DNA from: a virus
Taxonomy: Duplodnaviria; Heunggongvirae; Uroviricota; Caudoviricetes
Strand: one strand, 5' to 3'
IMG/VR virus record: IMGVR_UViG_3300034072_002212
Coordinates: 158,417 to 181,816 of that record
Length of the DNA stretch: 23,400 nt
Each line of letters starts with the position of its first letter. Within the stretch, counting starts at the first letter, position 1. Position numbers and translations under genes: made by a program. Shown piece by piece: positions 7,173 through 15,196 of this stretch. The notes beneath the pieces were generated by a model. That model did not search any database and was not told the origin of the DNA. It saw nothing but the letters and a program-made list of their open reading frames with translations.

Positions 7173-7490
7173 ATGAGCAAGCTCAGCCTCAAAACGCTTG
7201 ACCGCAAGCACCTGCCCTATGGCAAGTTCAAGTTCATTGTGCTTCTCAAGCGGGAGTCGCGTCGCATGTGGCGTTGTGACAGTAATGCTGGGCAGATTGA
7301 ACAAATGCGCGGACTTCTCCGCACAACCTGCAAGGGCAAGTTCAAGCTGGTTCATGATGAGAACCATCGCGGCCGGCGCGTCTACACGCACCTCTATCTT
7401 ACTGAGCCCATGGATCTCGCAATGGTGAAGCTGGTCCATGCAGACCAGCTTCATAAGATTTACAAGGTCAATGTAGTTCCAGCTTCCTGA
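7173..7490 (+). CDS. Hypothetical protein, distant member of the 'DAMLFKL' small-protein family
   Basis: GGAG SD before ATG; contains HLYLTEPMDLAMVKLVH. Confidence 0.65.
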   Translation: MSKLSLKTLDRKHLPYGKFKFIVLLKRESRRMWRCDSNAGQIEQMRGLLRTTCKGKFKLVHDENHRGRRVYTHLYLTEPMDLAMVKLVHADQLHKIYKVNVVPAS

Positions 7491-7692
7491 TCAGCTTAAT
7501 GTGGTGATCGAAGTGAACACGTAGCTTATAGGCTACTTCTAGGTCAGCGGTGGAAATCATACCTCCACCTGCTGACCAATCTATCAGACCAATTTGTTTG
7601 AGCCAGGCACCAGCTGCCCAAGCCTGTTGTGATGACTTGAATTCAATCTGGTATCCGGGATTAGCTTTGGTCTTCCGAGTCTCGAATTTCAT
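7468..7692 (-). CDS. Hypothetical small protein
   Basis: 74 aa; overlaps the end of the upstream minus ORF; plausible composition. Confidence 0.5.
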   Translation of the reverse strand: MKFETRKTKANPGYQIEFKSSQQAWAAGAWLKQIGLIDWSAGGGMISTADLEVAYKLRVHFDHHIKLIRKLELH

Positions 7693-8020
7693 CGGGGTTG
7701 TCCGTGTGCTGCTCTACCCGGTCGAACAGCTTGTTAAAAGCTTCGTGATCCTGAAGCTTCCACATCAATAACGTGCCCGAGTTCTGCAAATAGAGCTCGA
7801 CCTCATTGGACGTGGGATGCTGCTGGAGTTTCCAGTCAACACCTTCTTCGCCGACCTCACGCCGCAGCCGCTTCTCGAGCCTGCTCTTCTGCGTGATTGC
7901 CGTAATCACATCGTTTGTGCCAGCGAGAACGGCCCGGATTTTGAAGCCAGTGAAGATCGTCGAGGGGTCCCAATCGGCCTCATACCGATTGACCTTCTTG
8001 ATCTCAAGCTTGCTGCTCAT
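7661..8020 (-). CDS. Hypothetical protein (distant 'LLMWKL' family member)
   Basis: GGAG SD and a TAAATA box at 8032-8037 upstream; contains VELYLQNSGTLLMWKL. Confidence 0.7.
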   Translation of the reverse strand: MSSKLEIKKVNRYEADWDPSTIFTGFKIRAVLAGTNDVITAITQKSRLEKRLRREVGEEGVDWKLQQHPTSNEVELYLQNSGTLLMWKLQDHEAFNKLFDRVEQHTDNPDEIRDSEDQS

Positions 8021-8080
8021 CGCTCACTCCATATTTAACCTTGTGCGCGTCCTAGCACAGAACGCCAAAGTGTCAACCAA

Positions 8081-8326
8081 TTAGAGCCAGATCAGGGAAA
8101 AGCGGATCGCATCAATCCTCTTCTTGAACACAAAGAACTTGCGTCCCTTCTGTTCCCACTCCGTCTCATACGAAATCATAGATTCCTCAAGCCAAATCTT
8201 GATGGGCGTGATCGGAACCAGTTGGGCATCCTCATCTGCCTCTGTCTGAAGCACATGAAAGAACTCGCGATCGCAACGCGGCCAGTTTTCACGATGTGGA
8301 TAGAGGTAGCCTTCAATCCTATACAT
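8081..8326 (-). CDS. Small paralogue, C-terminus DAIRFSLIWL
   Basis: ATG 8326 overlaps the upstream stop (TGATG); alternative GTG at 8335. Confidence 0.7.
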   Translation of the reverse strand: MYRIEGYLYPHRENWPRCDREFFHVLQTEADEDAQLVPITPIKIWLEESMISYETEWEQKGRKFFVFKKRIDAIRFSLIWL

Positions 8327-8574
8327 CAGAGCCACGTGAGCTTGAACATAATGGCGTCGTTGGCTTCTTTGAATTTGATGATGTAGAACCACCCGCCGAC
8401 TTTGATCTCCCATTCTCGAGGCTCTAGCCAGCGGAGAACTTCCAAGCTGAACATTCCAGCCAGATAGGCAGGTTTGCCCATTCGGTCGAGCGCAGCCCGA
8501 CTAGCCGCAAGATCATCCTCCTCAGTAGCCCTGATGCCAGGATGATCGCGTTCTAGGACATGCAGCTCAAACAT
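8326..8574 (-). CDS. Small paralogue, C-terminus DAIMFKLTWL
   Basis: ATG 8574 lies within the end of the upstream gene; family motif present. Confidence 0.72.
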   Translation of the reverse strand: MFELHVLERDHPGIRATEEDDLAASRAALDRMGKPAYLAGMFSLEVLRWLEPREWEIKVGGWFYIIKFKEANDAIMFKLTWL

Positions 8575-8830
8575 TGGCCCACGTGAGCTTGAACAACATA
8601 GCATCTGCTTTGGAAAATATGGGAATAGTGGTGGCTAGGATCTGCGTGGGATCGTTATACCTGCGACGCTCATTGTATCGCAAGGTCCTATTGTGCTTGT
8701 ATGGTAGCGCGCGATCAGGCCCCCAGCGTTCATGACACCATGCCTTGGCAGCATTGAGCTCAGCATCAGTGCCCTGGAGTTCAACCCAGATACAGCTACC
8801 ATCATCGTCGGTGCGGATCTTCAGAGCCAT
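8567..8830 (-). CDS. Small paralogue, C-terminus DAMLFKLTWANV
   Basis: ORF track; contains AKAWCHERWG and the family motif. Confidence 0.75.
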   Translation of the reverse strand: MALKIRTDDDGSCIWVELQGTDAELNAAKAWCHERWGPDRALPYKHNRTLRYNERRRYNDPTQILATTIPIFSKADAMLFKLTWANV

Positions 8831-9090
8831 ACGAGCTTAAACAACATTGCGTCATTGGCAGAACGAAAGCGAATCCTTAGGTGCTTCTTTCCATGGATGC
8901 TGATTTCCTGGATTGAATAGCGCCACTTTCCGGCCGACTTCCGGTAGTCGATACGACCAAAGTGGTTGACCATCCACGTCATGAGTTTGCTGGGCGTATT
9001 TGGATCACGCCCAAACGTCGTGGGAAACTTCACTAGATCCCATTCAGGATCAGCAATCTGATATTCGTGGGTCCAGCCGCTCATAGCCAT
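8821..9090 (-). CDS. Small paralogue, C-terminus DAMLFKLVWL
   Basis: ORF track; contains LMTWMVNHFG and the family motif; start 9090 or 9084. Confidence 0.75.
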   Translation of the reverse strand: MAMSGWTHEYQIADPEWDLVKFPTTFGRDPNTPSKLMTWMVNHFGRIDYRKSAGKWRYSIQEISIHGKKHLRIRFRSANDAMLFKLVWL

Positions 9091-9344
9091 ACGAGCTTGA
9101 ACAACATTGCGTCCTTGGGGTCAACAAACATGATGGCTGTCTCACCTTCGTCCGTGAAATGATCCCACCACCAACACTCAGGCGCTTTGCCCACGTGGAT
9201 GTTGAGCCACTCTCTACATTCAGGAGTGAGATCAAAGGAGAATCCCGAGAAGAAGCCTATACCCTGGCGCTGCCAGGACCAGACATCACTTGAGAAGGTT
9301 GTTGGAAGAGTTGTCAACGAACATTCCACAGCTTGCCTTGACAT
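9081..9344 (-). CDS. Small paralogue, C-terminus DAMLFKLVWL (start uncertain: ATG 9344, GTG 9329 or TTG 9317)
   Basis: Contains CREWLNIHVG and the family motif; overlaps the radical SAM 3' end. Confidence 0.65.
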   Translation of the reverse strand: MSRQAVECSLTTLPTTFSSDVWSWQRQGIGFFSGFSFDLTPECREWLNIHVGKAPECWWWDHFTDEGETAIMFVDPKDAMLFKLVWL

Positions 9345-10173
9345 CAAAACCCACGCGGGGCACGATGCGGCTCTTCTCGTTACCAAAAGCCTCAGCTAGG
9401 TAGTCGAAGTTGCGCTGAATAATGTCTTCGCTGGGTTCCTTGCCCTGAGCCGGGCTGTAGGGATTGTAGCGGACCAAGTTGAACTTCACATCCAAGCTGC
9501 GAACCAAGATAGCCATGATGATCTCTTCAAGAACATCTAGGCCATCATTTTCGCCTTCGATGAAAGCCCAATGAAGGGTCAGGAGTTGGCCGGTCTTCTG
9601 CTGCCAATCCACCATCTGCCAGAGAGCCTTATGTGGATCCATGGCCTTTGGTAGCCACCGCTTACGGAAGTCCTCCCTCATGCTGTAGAGGGAATAGTAG
9701 ATCTGCGCGCCAGAGTCTCCAAATACATCATAGAGCGTGCGATCACACATCTCTTCTGGCATGATCGTGCTGATGTTGTATTTGGAGACCAGCGCATGTT
9801 GCTCTGCGAGCCCCTGTAAGGGCCTACGAACGCCTTCCCAGTTGTTGAGCACGCTGGGGTTAGCCAAGGGTTCACCACGCGCCATGAAGTTAAAATTCAC
9901 CCTCTGGGCATCGTCAAACTGCCGGTAGTGGCGGAAGACCTGAAGGCCCTGAAGGTAATAGTCGTCCACGGTAGCCGGGGACATCATGGTCTGACGAGTC
10001 TGCGTCAGATGGCAGACACGGCACGCTTTGTTGCATCCCGTGTGGCTGCTCAGGTAGGTGATGAAATAGTCCTCTACGCGCCGAACATATCGGGCTTCGA
10101 ACGCCCCACCATCTTCGTAGGGCGAAACGAAGTTCACACTAGCATCTTCGGCACTGTAGAGGATCTCAGTCAT
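9286..10173 (-). CDS. RlmN/Cfr-like radical SAM enzyme (atypical)
   Basis: YLSSHTGCNKACRVC (CxxxCxxC), FMARGEPLAN (cf. MGMGEP), NLVRYNP, DVKASCGMF (cf. DIxAACGQL). Confidence 0.82.
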   Translation of the reverse strand: MTEILYSAEDASVNFVSPYEDGGAFEARYVRRVEDYFITYLSSHTGCNKACRVCHLTQTRQTMMSPATVDDYYLQGLQVFRHYRQFDDAQRVNFNFMARGEPLANPSVLNNWEGVRRPLQGLAEQHALVSKYNISTIMPEEMCDRTLYDVFGDSGAQIYYSLYSMREDFRKRWLPKAMDPHKALWQMVDWQQKTGQLLTLHWAFIEGENDGLDVLEEIIMAILVRSLDVKFNLVRYNPYSPAQGKEPSEDIIQRNFDYLAEAFGNEKSRIVPRVGFDVKASCGMFVDNSSNNLLK

Positions 10174-11950
10174 TCGCTTCCGTGTCCGTCACAAACGTGG
10201 TGAAGTTGTTTTCCTTCTGCACCAAAAGAATGCGTGGCACACGTGACGTCAGGCTGTCATTATGTGAAATCAGGAAAACGTTCTTACCACGTTCCCTTGA
10301 CATCTTCTTGAGGATCTCAAGAGCAAGGTCCATACCCGCAGAGTCCATACCAGAATCGACGAGTTCGTCAATCATCAGCAGGTTCATGGGCTTGTTCATA
10401 GTCTCCCAAACGTCGCGGAACGACCAAGCAAGTGCCAGCACCAGTCGGTTGGCTTCACCGTTCGACAGCTGAGCAAAGTCATATTCCTTGCCCAACAAAG
10501 TGATTTCAACGGACAAGTCACTCTGGAACGCAACCTCATGCGGTAGCTGGATCTTGTCCAGGTAGCTATTGAGGCGAACGTTCAAGTAGGACAGGTTCTG
10601 GTCGATGATCTTCTTGCGGATAAAGGAGTTCTTATCCGTAAGCAGCTTGACTAGGAAGTCCTGGTGCTCCTTGAGACGAACCAACTCGTTGAGGTATTCG
10701 TAAGAAACATCCTGAATACCAGACGTCGAGAGATTGGCAATCTGATCCAAGTAGGGCGACTCAACTGCCGCTTCTCGAGTGATGTCGCTGAGCAGCTTGT
10801 CCAGAGTATGACGGTGATTGAGAGCCTGCTCCATGGTGTCATAGTTGACACTGGGCTGTGGGCCCAGCTGGGTCAGCTCACCGATAGCCTTCTCTAGCTC
10901 ACCAGCAGCTTCAGTGAGTTCTACTTCTACCGCTTCACGCTCGACAACCAGCTGGGCCTTGCGGTCCAACAGGTCCTTGAGAATCTCGGCGTGCTTGTCA
11001 TCGTGAACATCCTGACCACAGGTGTGGCACTTGTTCTGTTCGGCCATGGCAAGCTGGCTGTCAATGCGATTGATGTTGGAATCCAGCGAGTTGTAGGTCT
11101 TTTCGACACGAACTGCATCACGCTCAAAGCGCATGACTTCAGCACTCAGGCGGTTGAATTCAACCAGCAAACGCTGGTTGTTGATCTCTGCCTCAATGTC
11201 GATTTCGTTCATCTGGTCAATGGCCTTCTCAAGCTTGAGAAGCTTTGCCATGTGTTCCTTGTCCCACATCTTGCTCTTGAAGTTGAGCTCGTTGATGGTC
11301 TTCTGGATCTTCTCGTTGGAATCCTTGACCGTCTTGATGCGGATCTCTTCGCCCTTAATCTCGTCTTTGATCTGCTTGACTAGATCCTTCAGCTGGTCGG
11401 CCTTGCTGGACAGCTGAGTAATACCCAGGAGTTCCTCGATGACCTCACGCTGGTCCTTGGCGCTCATGTCCAAGAACGGGACCGTCTTGCTGTGGAGAGC
11501 CACGATGTGCTTGAACAGGAGGTGAGAACAGCCGATGACCTTCTCAATCTCTTCCTGCGTGACCTTGCTCTCACCATGCGCTTCGTCAGTACCCTCGGCA
11601 TTCACCAGGCCGTCGTTGACGTAGAAGCGCAGGAAGTTGGGCTTGCGACCACGCTCAATGCGGTAGGTCTTGTTGCCAACTTCAAAGTCCAAACTGACCG
11701 TCATGGCCTTCTGGTTGGTCTTGTTGACGAGGTTGTCCTTTTTGATGCTCGTGAGCGGCTGACCATAGATCGCATAGCAGATGGCCTGGATCAGCGTGGT
11801 CTTACCAACGCCGTTCCTGCTACCTGCTGAACCTAGGTCAACGTTCTCACCGAGAATCAACGTAAGGCCATGTTCGTCAAGAGTGATTGCCTGAGTGGTG
11901 TTGCCCACACTCAGGAAATTCTTCATCGTAACTGTGCGGATCTTTATCAT
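10166..11950 (-). CDS. gp46: Recombination ATPase gp46 / SbcC / Rad50
   Basis: KNFLSVG, Walker A NGVGKTT, coiled coil with CHTC zinc hook, signature LSNGE, Walker B LLMIDE, ISH. Confidence 0.93.
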   Translation of the reverse strand: MIKIRTVTMKNFLSVGNTTQAITLDEHGLTLILGENVDLGSAGSRNGVGKTTLIQAICYAIYGQPLTSIKKDNLVNKTNQKAMTVSLDFEVGNKTYRIERGRKPNFLRFYVNDGLVNAEGTDEAHGESKVTQEEIEKVIGCSHLLFKHIVALHSKTVPFLDMSAKDQREVIEELLGITQLSSKADQLKDLVKQIKDEIKGEEIRIKTVKDSNEKIQKTINELNFKSKMWDKEHMAKLLKLEKAIDQMNEIDIEAEINNQRLLVEFNRLSAEVMRFERDAVRVEKTYNSLDSNINRIDSQLAMAEQNKCHTCGQDVHDDKHAEILKDLLDRKAQLVVEREAVEVELTEAAGELEKAIGELTQLGPQPSVNYDTMEQALNHRHTLDKLLSDITREAAVESPYLDQIANLSTSGIQDVSYEYLNELVRLKEHQDFLVKLLTDKNSFIRKKIIDQNLSYLNVRLNSYLDKIQLPHEVAFQSDLSVEITLLGKEYDFAQLSNGEANRLVLALAWSFRDVWETMNKPMNLLMIDELVDSGMDSAGMDLALEILKKMSRERGKNVFLISHNDSLTSRVPRILLVQKENNFTTFVTDTEAND

Positions 11951-12294
11951 TCTGTTCTTCCCGCCAGGTGTTGATCGAGTAGGTCTAGATCCGTCTTGGT
12001 GTTCTTGACCACTCCATTGTAGTTGATGCCGGTGGTCAGTTTGACCAGCACCGCATCCATCTTGACCTTCTTCTCGGTGAAGACGTAGGTGCCATCGGCC
12101 ATCAACAGGATACCGAAGTTTACACCCTGATTGCTCAGAAAGTCACGAATCTCATCATGCGTGGCTTTGAAGTCCTGACGGGACATTGCCTGGTTGTGCT
12201 TGATAAAAACGTGAATCTGCTTGATGCTCTTGGGAGCACCTACCCATACGATGTAGGGAAAGTGCTCCTCTTTGAGAAACGGCTGCTTCTTCAA
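11947..12294 (-). CDS. Hypothetical protein inserted between gp47 and gp46
   Basis: TTG start overlaps the gp47 stop and its stop overlaps the gp46 start; contains YVF...MDAVLVKLT, similar to the small-protein motif. Confidence 0.65.
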   Translation of the reverse strand: MKKQPFLKEEHFPYIVWVGAPKSIKQIHVFIKHNQAMSRQDFKATHDEIRDFLSNQGVNFGILLMADGTYVFTEKKVKMDAVLVKLTTGINYNGVVKNTKTDLDLLDQHLAGRTE

Positions 12295-13319
12295 CTCAGA
12301 CCTCGATAGATCTCAATGAGAAGCTCTTTGTCAACGGTTAGGGAGTCGATACCCTTGAGACCCTCGATGACAATCTGATCAACCGACTGGAAGATCACAT
12401 CCTCACCAAAGCTCTGCTCTTCTGTTTCCTTAGAGCCCGGTTGAACGTCAATCTTCCTAGGGGAAAAGTGAGCTGCGAACGTTTCCTTGATGAACTGGCT
12501 CTCATCGTAAGTCACATTGATGTCCGCTGTCACACGAACATGCGTGCGCTCGTCAATGTAATCTGTGGGAGCCTCAAGCAACTCAGACATCTTAAGCGTG
12601 CGATACTTGGGTGCCTTGGGCCATGCGATGAATTCCGGCTCAACTCCCCATTCCAGGAACATCATGCCGCGCTCATCATCCCACGCATCAGTGAAGTTGT
12701 GTGGGAATGGATTGCCAAGGTAGCAAACCTTGCCTTTGGCTTGGCGCTTATGGAAGTGACCCGAGAACGCCCAATATGTCACATCGTCGAAGTGATCAAC
12801 ATTGAGCTCACCGTGATCCGGCATCTCAACCATCTGATTGAGAAGGAAGTGTGGCACTTCAAAATGGCCGAACATATAGTCGGATTTCTTGGCCAACTTC
12901 TTGATCTTCTTGTAATCGTCTCCGACCAGCCAGGGACAGAACGTAACACCGCCAACAGTCAGGAAGTCGTTGATGATCGTGACGTTCTTGAGGTTCCTAC
13001 CAATCGCCACGCTGGAAATCTCACGCTTCTCCTTATAGTAGAGATCATGGTTTCCAGGGATGAAGAAGAACTTTGGAAAAGCCTCAGCCAGTCGTTCCAT
13101 GTTGGAAAGCGAATAGTTAAGGGTGGACACGTGGATCGAGTGGCGGTTATCGTGCCAGTCGCCCGCGAAGATGATGGTATCAACATCACGCGCTTGGGCT
13201 TGCTCGATGAACCACTTGACGAAGTCCTCGCAATCCTGATTGTGCTGACGGTCGTTGTTCTTCTTTCCGAAGTGAATATCGGTGAACACCGCCGCCCGCT
13301 TGAAGAGCTTATCGCTCAT
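12291..13319 (-). CDS. gp47: Recombination nuclease gp47 / SbcD / Mre11
   Basis: Metallophosphoesterase motifs FTDIHFG, AGDWHD, GNHD, GHFE, SGHFH. Confidence 0.93.
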   Translation of the reverse strand: MSDKLFKRAAVFTDIHFGKKNNDRQHNQDCEDFVKWFIEQAQARDVDTIIFAGDWHDNRHSIHVSTLNYSLSNMERLAEAFPKFFFIPGNHDLYYKEKREISSVAIGRNLKNVTIINDFLTVGGVTFCPWLVGDDYKKIKKLAKKSDYMFGHFEVPHFLLNQMVEMPDHGELNVDHFDDVTYWAFSGHFHKRQAKGKVCYLGNPFPHNFTDAWDDERGMMFLEWGVEPEFIAWPKAPKYRTLKMSELLEAPTDYIDERTHVRVTADINVTYDESQFIKETFAAHFSPRKIDVQPGSKETEEQSFGEDVIFQSVDQIVIEGLKGIDSLTVDKELLIEIYRGLS

Positions 13320-13376
13320 GGGTAGCCTCGCTATCTTATTTGCTCCAGTTGTAAGATCCTGGTGTCCAGGATGTCA

Positions 13377-13562
13377 CTATTCTGGTAGCTGCTCGTAGAT
13401 CCGAAGGGGAAGGTGGTTTCGGATTTGCTCTCGGGAATACCAAAAGAAGCCCGAGGAGAAGAAGATCATATAGATTTCAAACTCCTCGCGCTTGATCCAG
13501 GGAGCCCACCAGAGGCGGCGCATACGCGACCGCCCCGTTAGTTTGAAGGTGGGCTTACCCAT
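13377..13562 (-). CDS. Small hypothetical protein
   Basis: TGATG coupling to the upstream sigma gene; 61 aa, aromatic-rich. Confidence 0.5.
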   Translation of the reverse strand: MGKPTFKLTGRSRMRRLWWAPWIKREEFEIYMIFFSSGFFWYSREQIRNHLPLRIYEQLPE

Positions 13563-14440
13563 CAGGACACCTTCTTGGGCGAACCCTTGCGGACTAGCTT
13601 CTTCTGCTCTGGCACTTCACCGTTTGCGATAGCGCGCTGGCTCAGCGAGTTGTCGATTTGGCGGGTAATCGAAGGGGTGACACCGTGCATTACCAGCATG
13701 TCATCACGAATGTTCTGGTTACGTTTCTCGAGGTTCAAGACGCGGGTAAAGGCATTCGAGACCGTGACGGTGTAATATGCGAATGGATTGTCGGAACGTG
13801 CTTCGTTGAACTGAAGGCCAACGAGGCTAAGCTGAAGCAGGGCCTGCGAACGCATCTCATCAACGTAGGTGTAACCACGCCAATTACCACGCTGCGAATA
13901 ACGCTCAACCAGCTTCATGAACATGAGAGCCAGTCGGTTGGTAATCTTACCGTGATCCTGACAGAAGGTTCCGTTGTCGAGCGCATCCTTCCAGTGCGAA
14001 CGTCCCACTTCCTTGGCACCTTCATCCTCGTTGATGATGTAGTGCTTGAAGGGAGGAAAGTTCAGGCGAACGTGGTTATCAGCAACGCTCTTGGGGTTCT
14101 TGACGCGACCTTCCTCAAGAGGAATGTGCTCGTAGGTCATGACGCGCCACACGATATCCTCAACTGGGATACTGTTTGGGTCAACTTCCTCGACCTTAAT
14201 CTGATGGTTCTTGTAGCCAGCTTCCTTGAGTGCCTGCTTCTTGGCCTGCATCATCTTCTTGGCCTTGGCTTCACGAACGCTCTGGATTAGGTCAATGTCG
14301 ATTTCTTCCAAGTTGCTCACAATGGCATCATATGCCGCATACTTGGGATCGACGAAGTAGGAATAGGTGTTCTTGGACTTGTGGATCTCAGCGAGGAGTT
14401 CCTTGTTGGTCAGATAGTTGACCCTCTGTGGTAGTGCCAT
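13562..14440 (-). CDS. gp55: Late-transcription sigma factor, T4 gp55-like
   Basis: NYLTNKELL, NWRGYTYVDEM, QFNEARSDNPFAYYT...NAFTRVLNLEK; AAGGAG/GGAG SD upstream. Confidence 0.85.
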   Translation of the reverse strand: MALPQRVNYLTNKELLAEIHKSKNTYSYFVDPKYAAYDAIVSNLEEIDIDLIQSVREAKAKKMMQAKKQALKEAGYKNHQIKVEEVDPNSIPVEDIVWRVMTYEHIPLEEGRVKNPKSVADNHVRLNFPPFKHYIINEDEGAKEVGRSHWKDALDNGTFCQDHGKITNRLALMFMKLVERYSQRGNWRGYTYVDEMRSQALLQLSLVGLQFNEARSDNPFAYYTVTVSNAFTRVLNLEKRNQNIRDDMLVMHGVTPSITRQIDNSLSQRAIANGEVPEQKKLVRKGSPKKVS

Positions 14441-14616
14441 GTGGCTCCGCTCCTTATGTTCTTTTCTCGCGGGTTGGGGTATGAAGCAGTCTCTGGGTTA
14501 AGCCAGCGCATCGCTTCGTAGTTTTGTTATAACACCAGAGTAGGTGCTACGTACAGAAAAAGGTGACATGCAGGTGTGCTCTCTATATAGAGCGGAGACA
14601 GGTGAGTTAAAACTGT

Positions 14617-14636
14617 GGTTTATAGGGCGGTAAATA
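14617..14636 (+). promoter_or_regulatory. Late-type promoter of the baseplate operon
   Basis: GGTTTAT(14617-14623)-N7-TAAATA(14631-14636). Confidence 0.6.
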
Positions 14637-15196
14637 TGAGCGGAGGCAGTAACAAAGTGGTCTTTGCGGCTGGGCGTTTGAACCCGCCTACCAAGGGTCA
14701 TGATGTGCTGGTCCGCCAGGTCAAAGAGGCCGCCGAGCGTATTGGTGCCCGAGCAATGCTCTACATCGTAGATGGAGAGAAGTCGGGCAAGGATAAGAGC
14801 AAGAATCCTCTTACTGGTGATCAGCGAGTCAAGCTTGCCCGACGACTCTTTCCAGGAGTCACCGTTGACGTTGTGTCTTCGGCTTATGAAGTCCTGGAAG
14901 TTTTGGACCTACAAGGCTATCAGCCAAAGGTCTGGGTCGCAGGGACTGACCGTGCTGCCAACTACCGCAAGCTTCTCGCCAGCGAACAGCTGGATTGCGA
15001 GGTGGTTGAGGTGGACCGCGAAGCGGGTGAAGCAGACGGCGTAAGCGCCACTCTAGCGCGCAAAGCGGCCCTAGAAGGCAACATGGAAGAGTTTGCTCGC
15101 CAGATGCCTGACCTCACTCCATTGGAACTTGCGGACATAGCAGATATGATTCGCGAGGCAACCAATGGCAGACACTCCACAGACCCCAGCAATTGA
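14636..15196 (+). CDS. Cytidyltransferase-like (HIGH-superfamily nucleotidyltransferase)
   Basis: FAAGRLNPPTKGH, VAGTDR and GVSATLARKAALEGN match the T4-like phage cytidyltransferase pattern. The start may instead be GTG 14657 (GGAGG at 14642-14646). Confidence 0.78.
   Translation: MSGGSNKVVFAAGRLNPPTKGHDVLVRQVKEAAERIGARAMLYIVDGEKSGKDKSKNPLTGDQRVKLARRLFPGVTVDVVSSAYEVLEVLDLQGYQPKVWVAGTDRAANYRKLLASEQLDCEVVEVDREAGEADGVSATLARKAALEGNMEEFARQMPDLTPLELADIADMIREATNGRHSTDPSN

Noticed and set aside
8081-9113. CRISPR array interpretation of the 33-nt repeats
   Set aside because: The repeats are ~250 nt apart, degenerate at codon positions and encode a protein motif.
12441-14290. Long plus-strand ORFs 12441-13325 and 13658-14290
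   Set aside because: Antisense shadows of gp47 and gp55 caused by codon bias.
14581-14592. Palindrome CTCTATATAGAG
   Set aside because: Single short copy with no supporting context.
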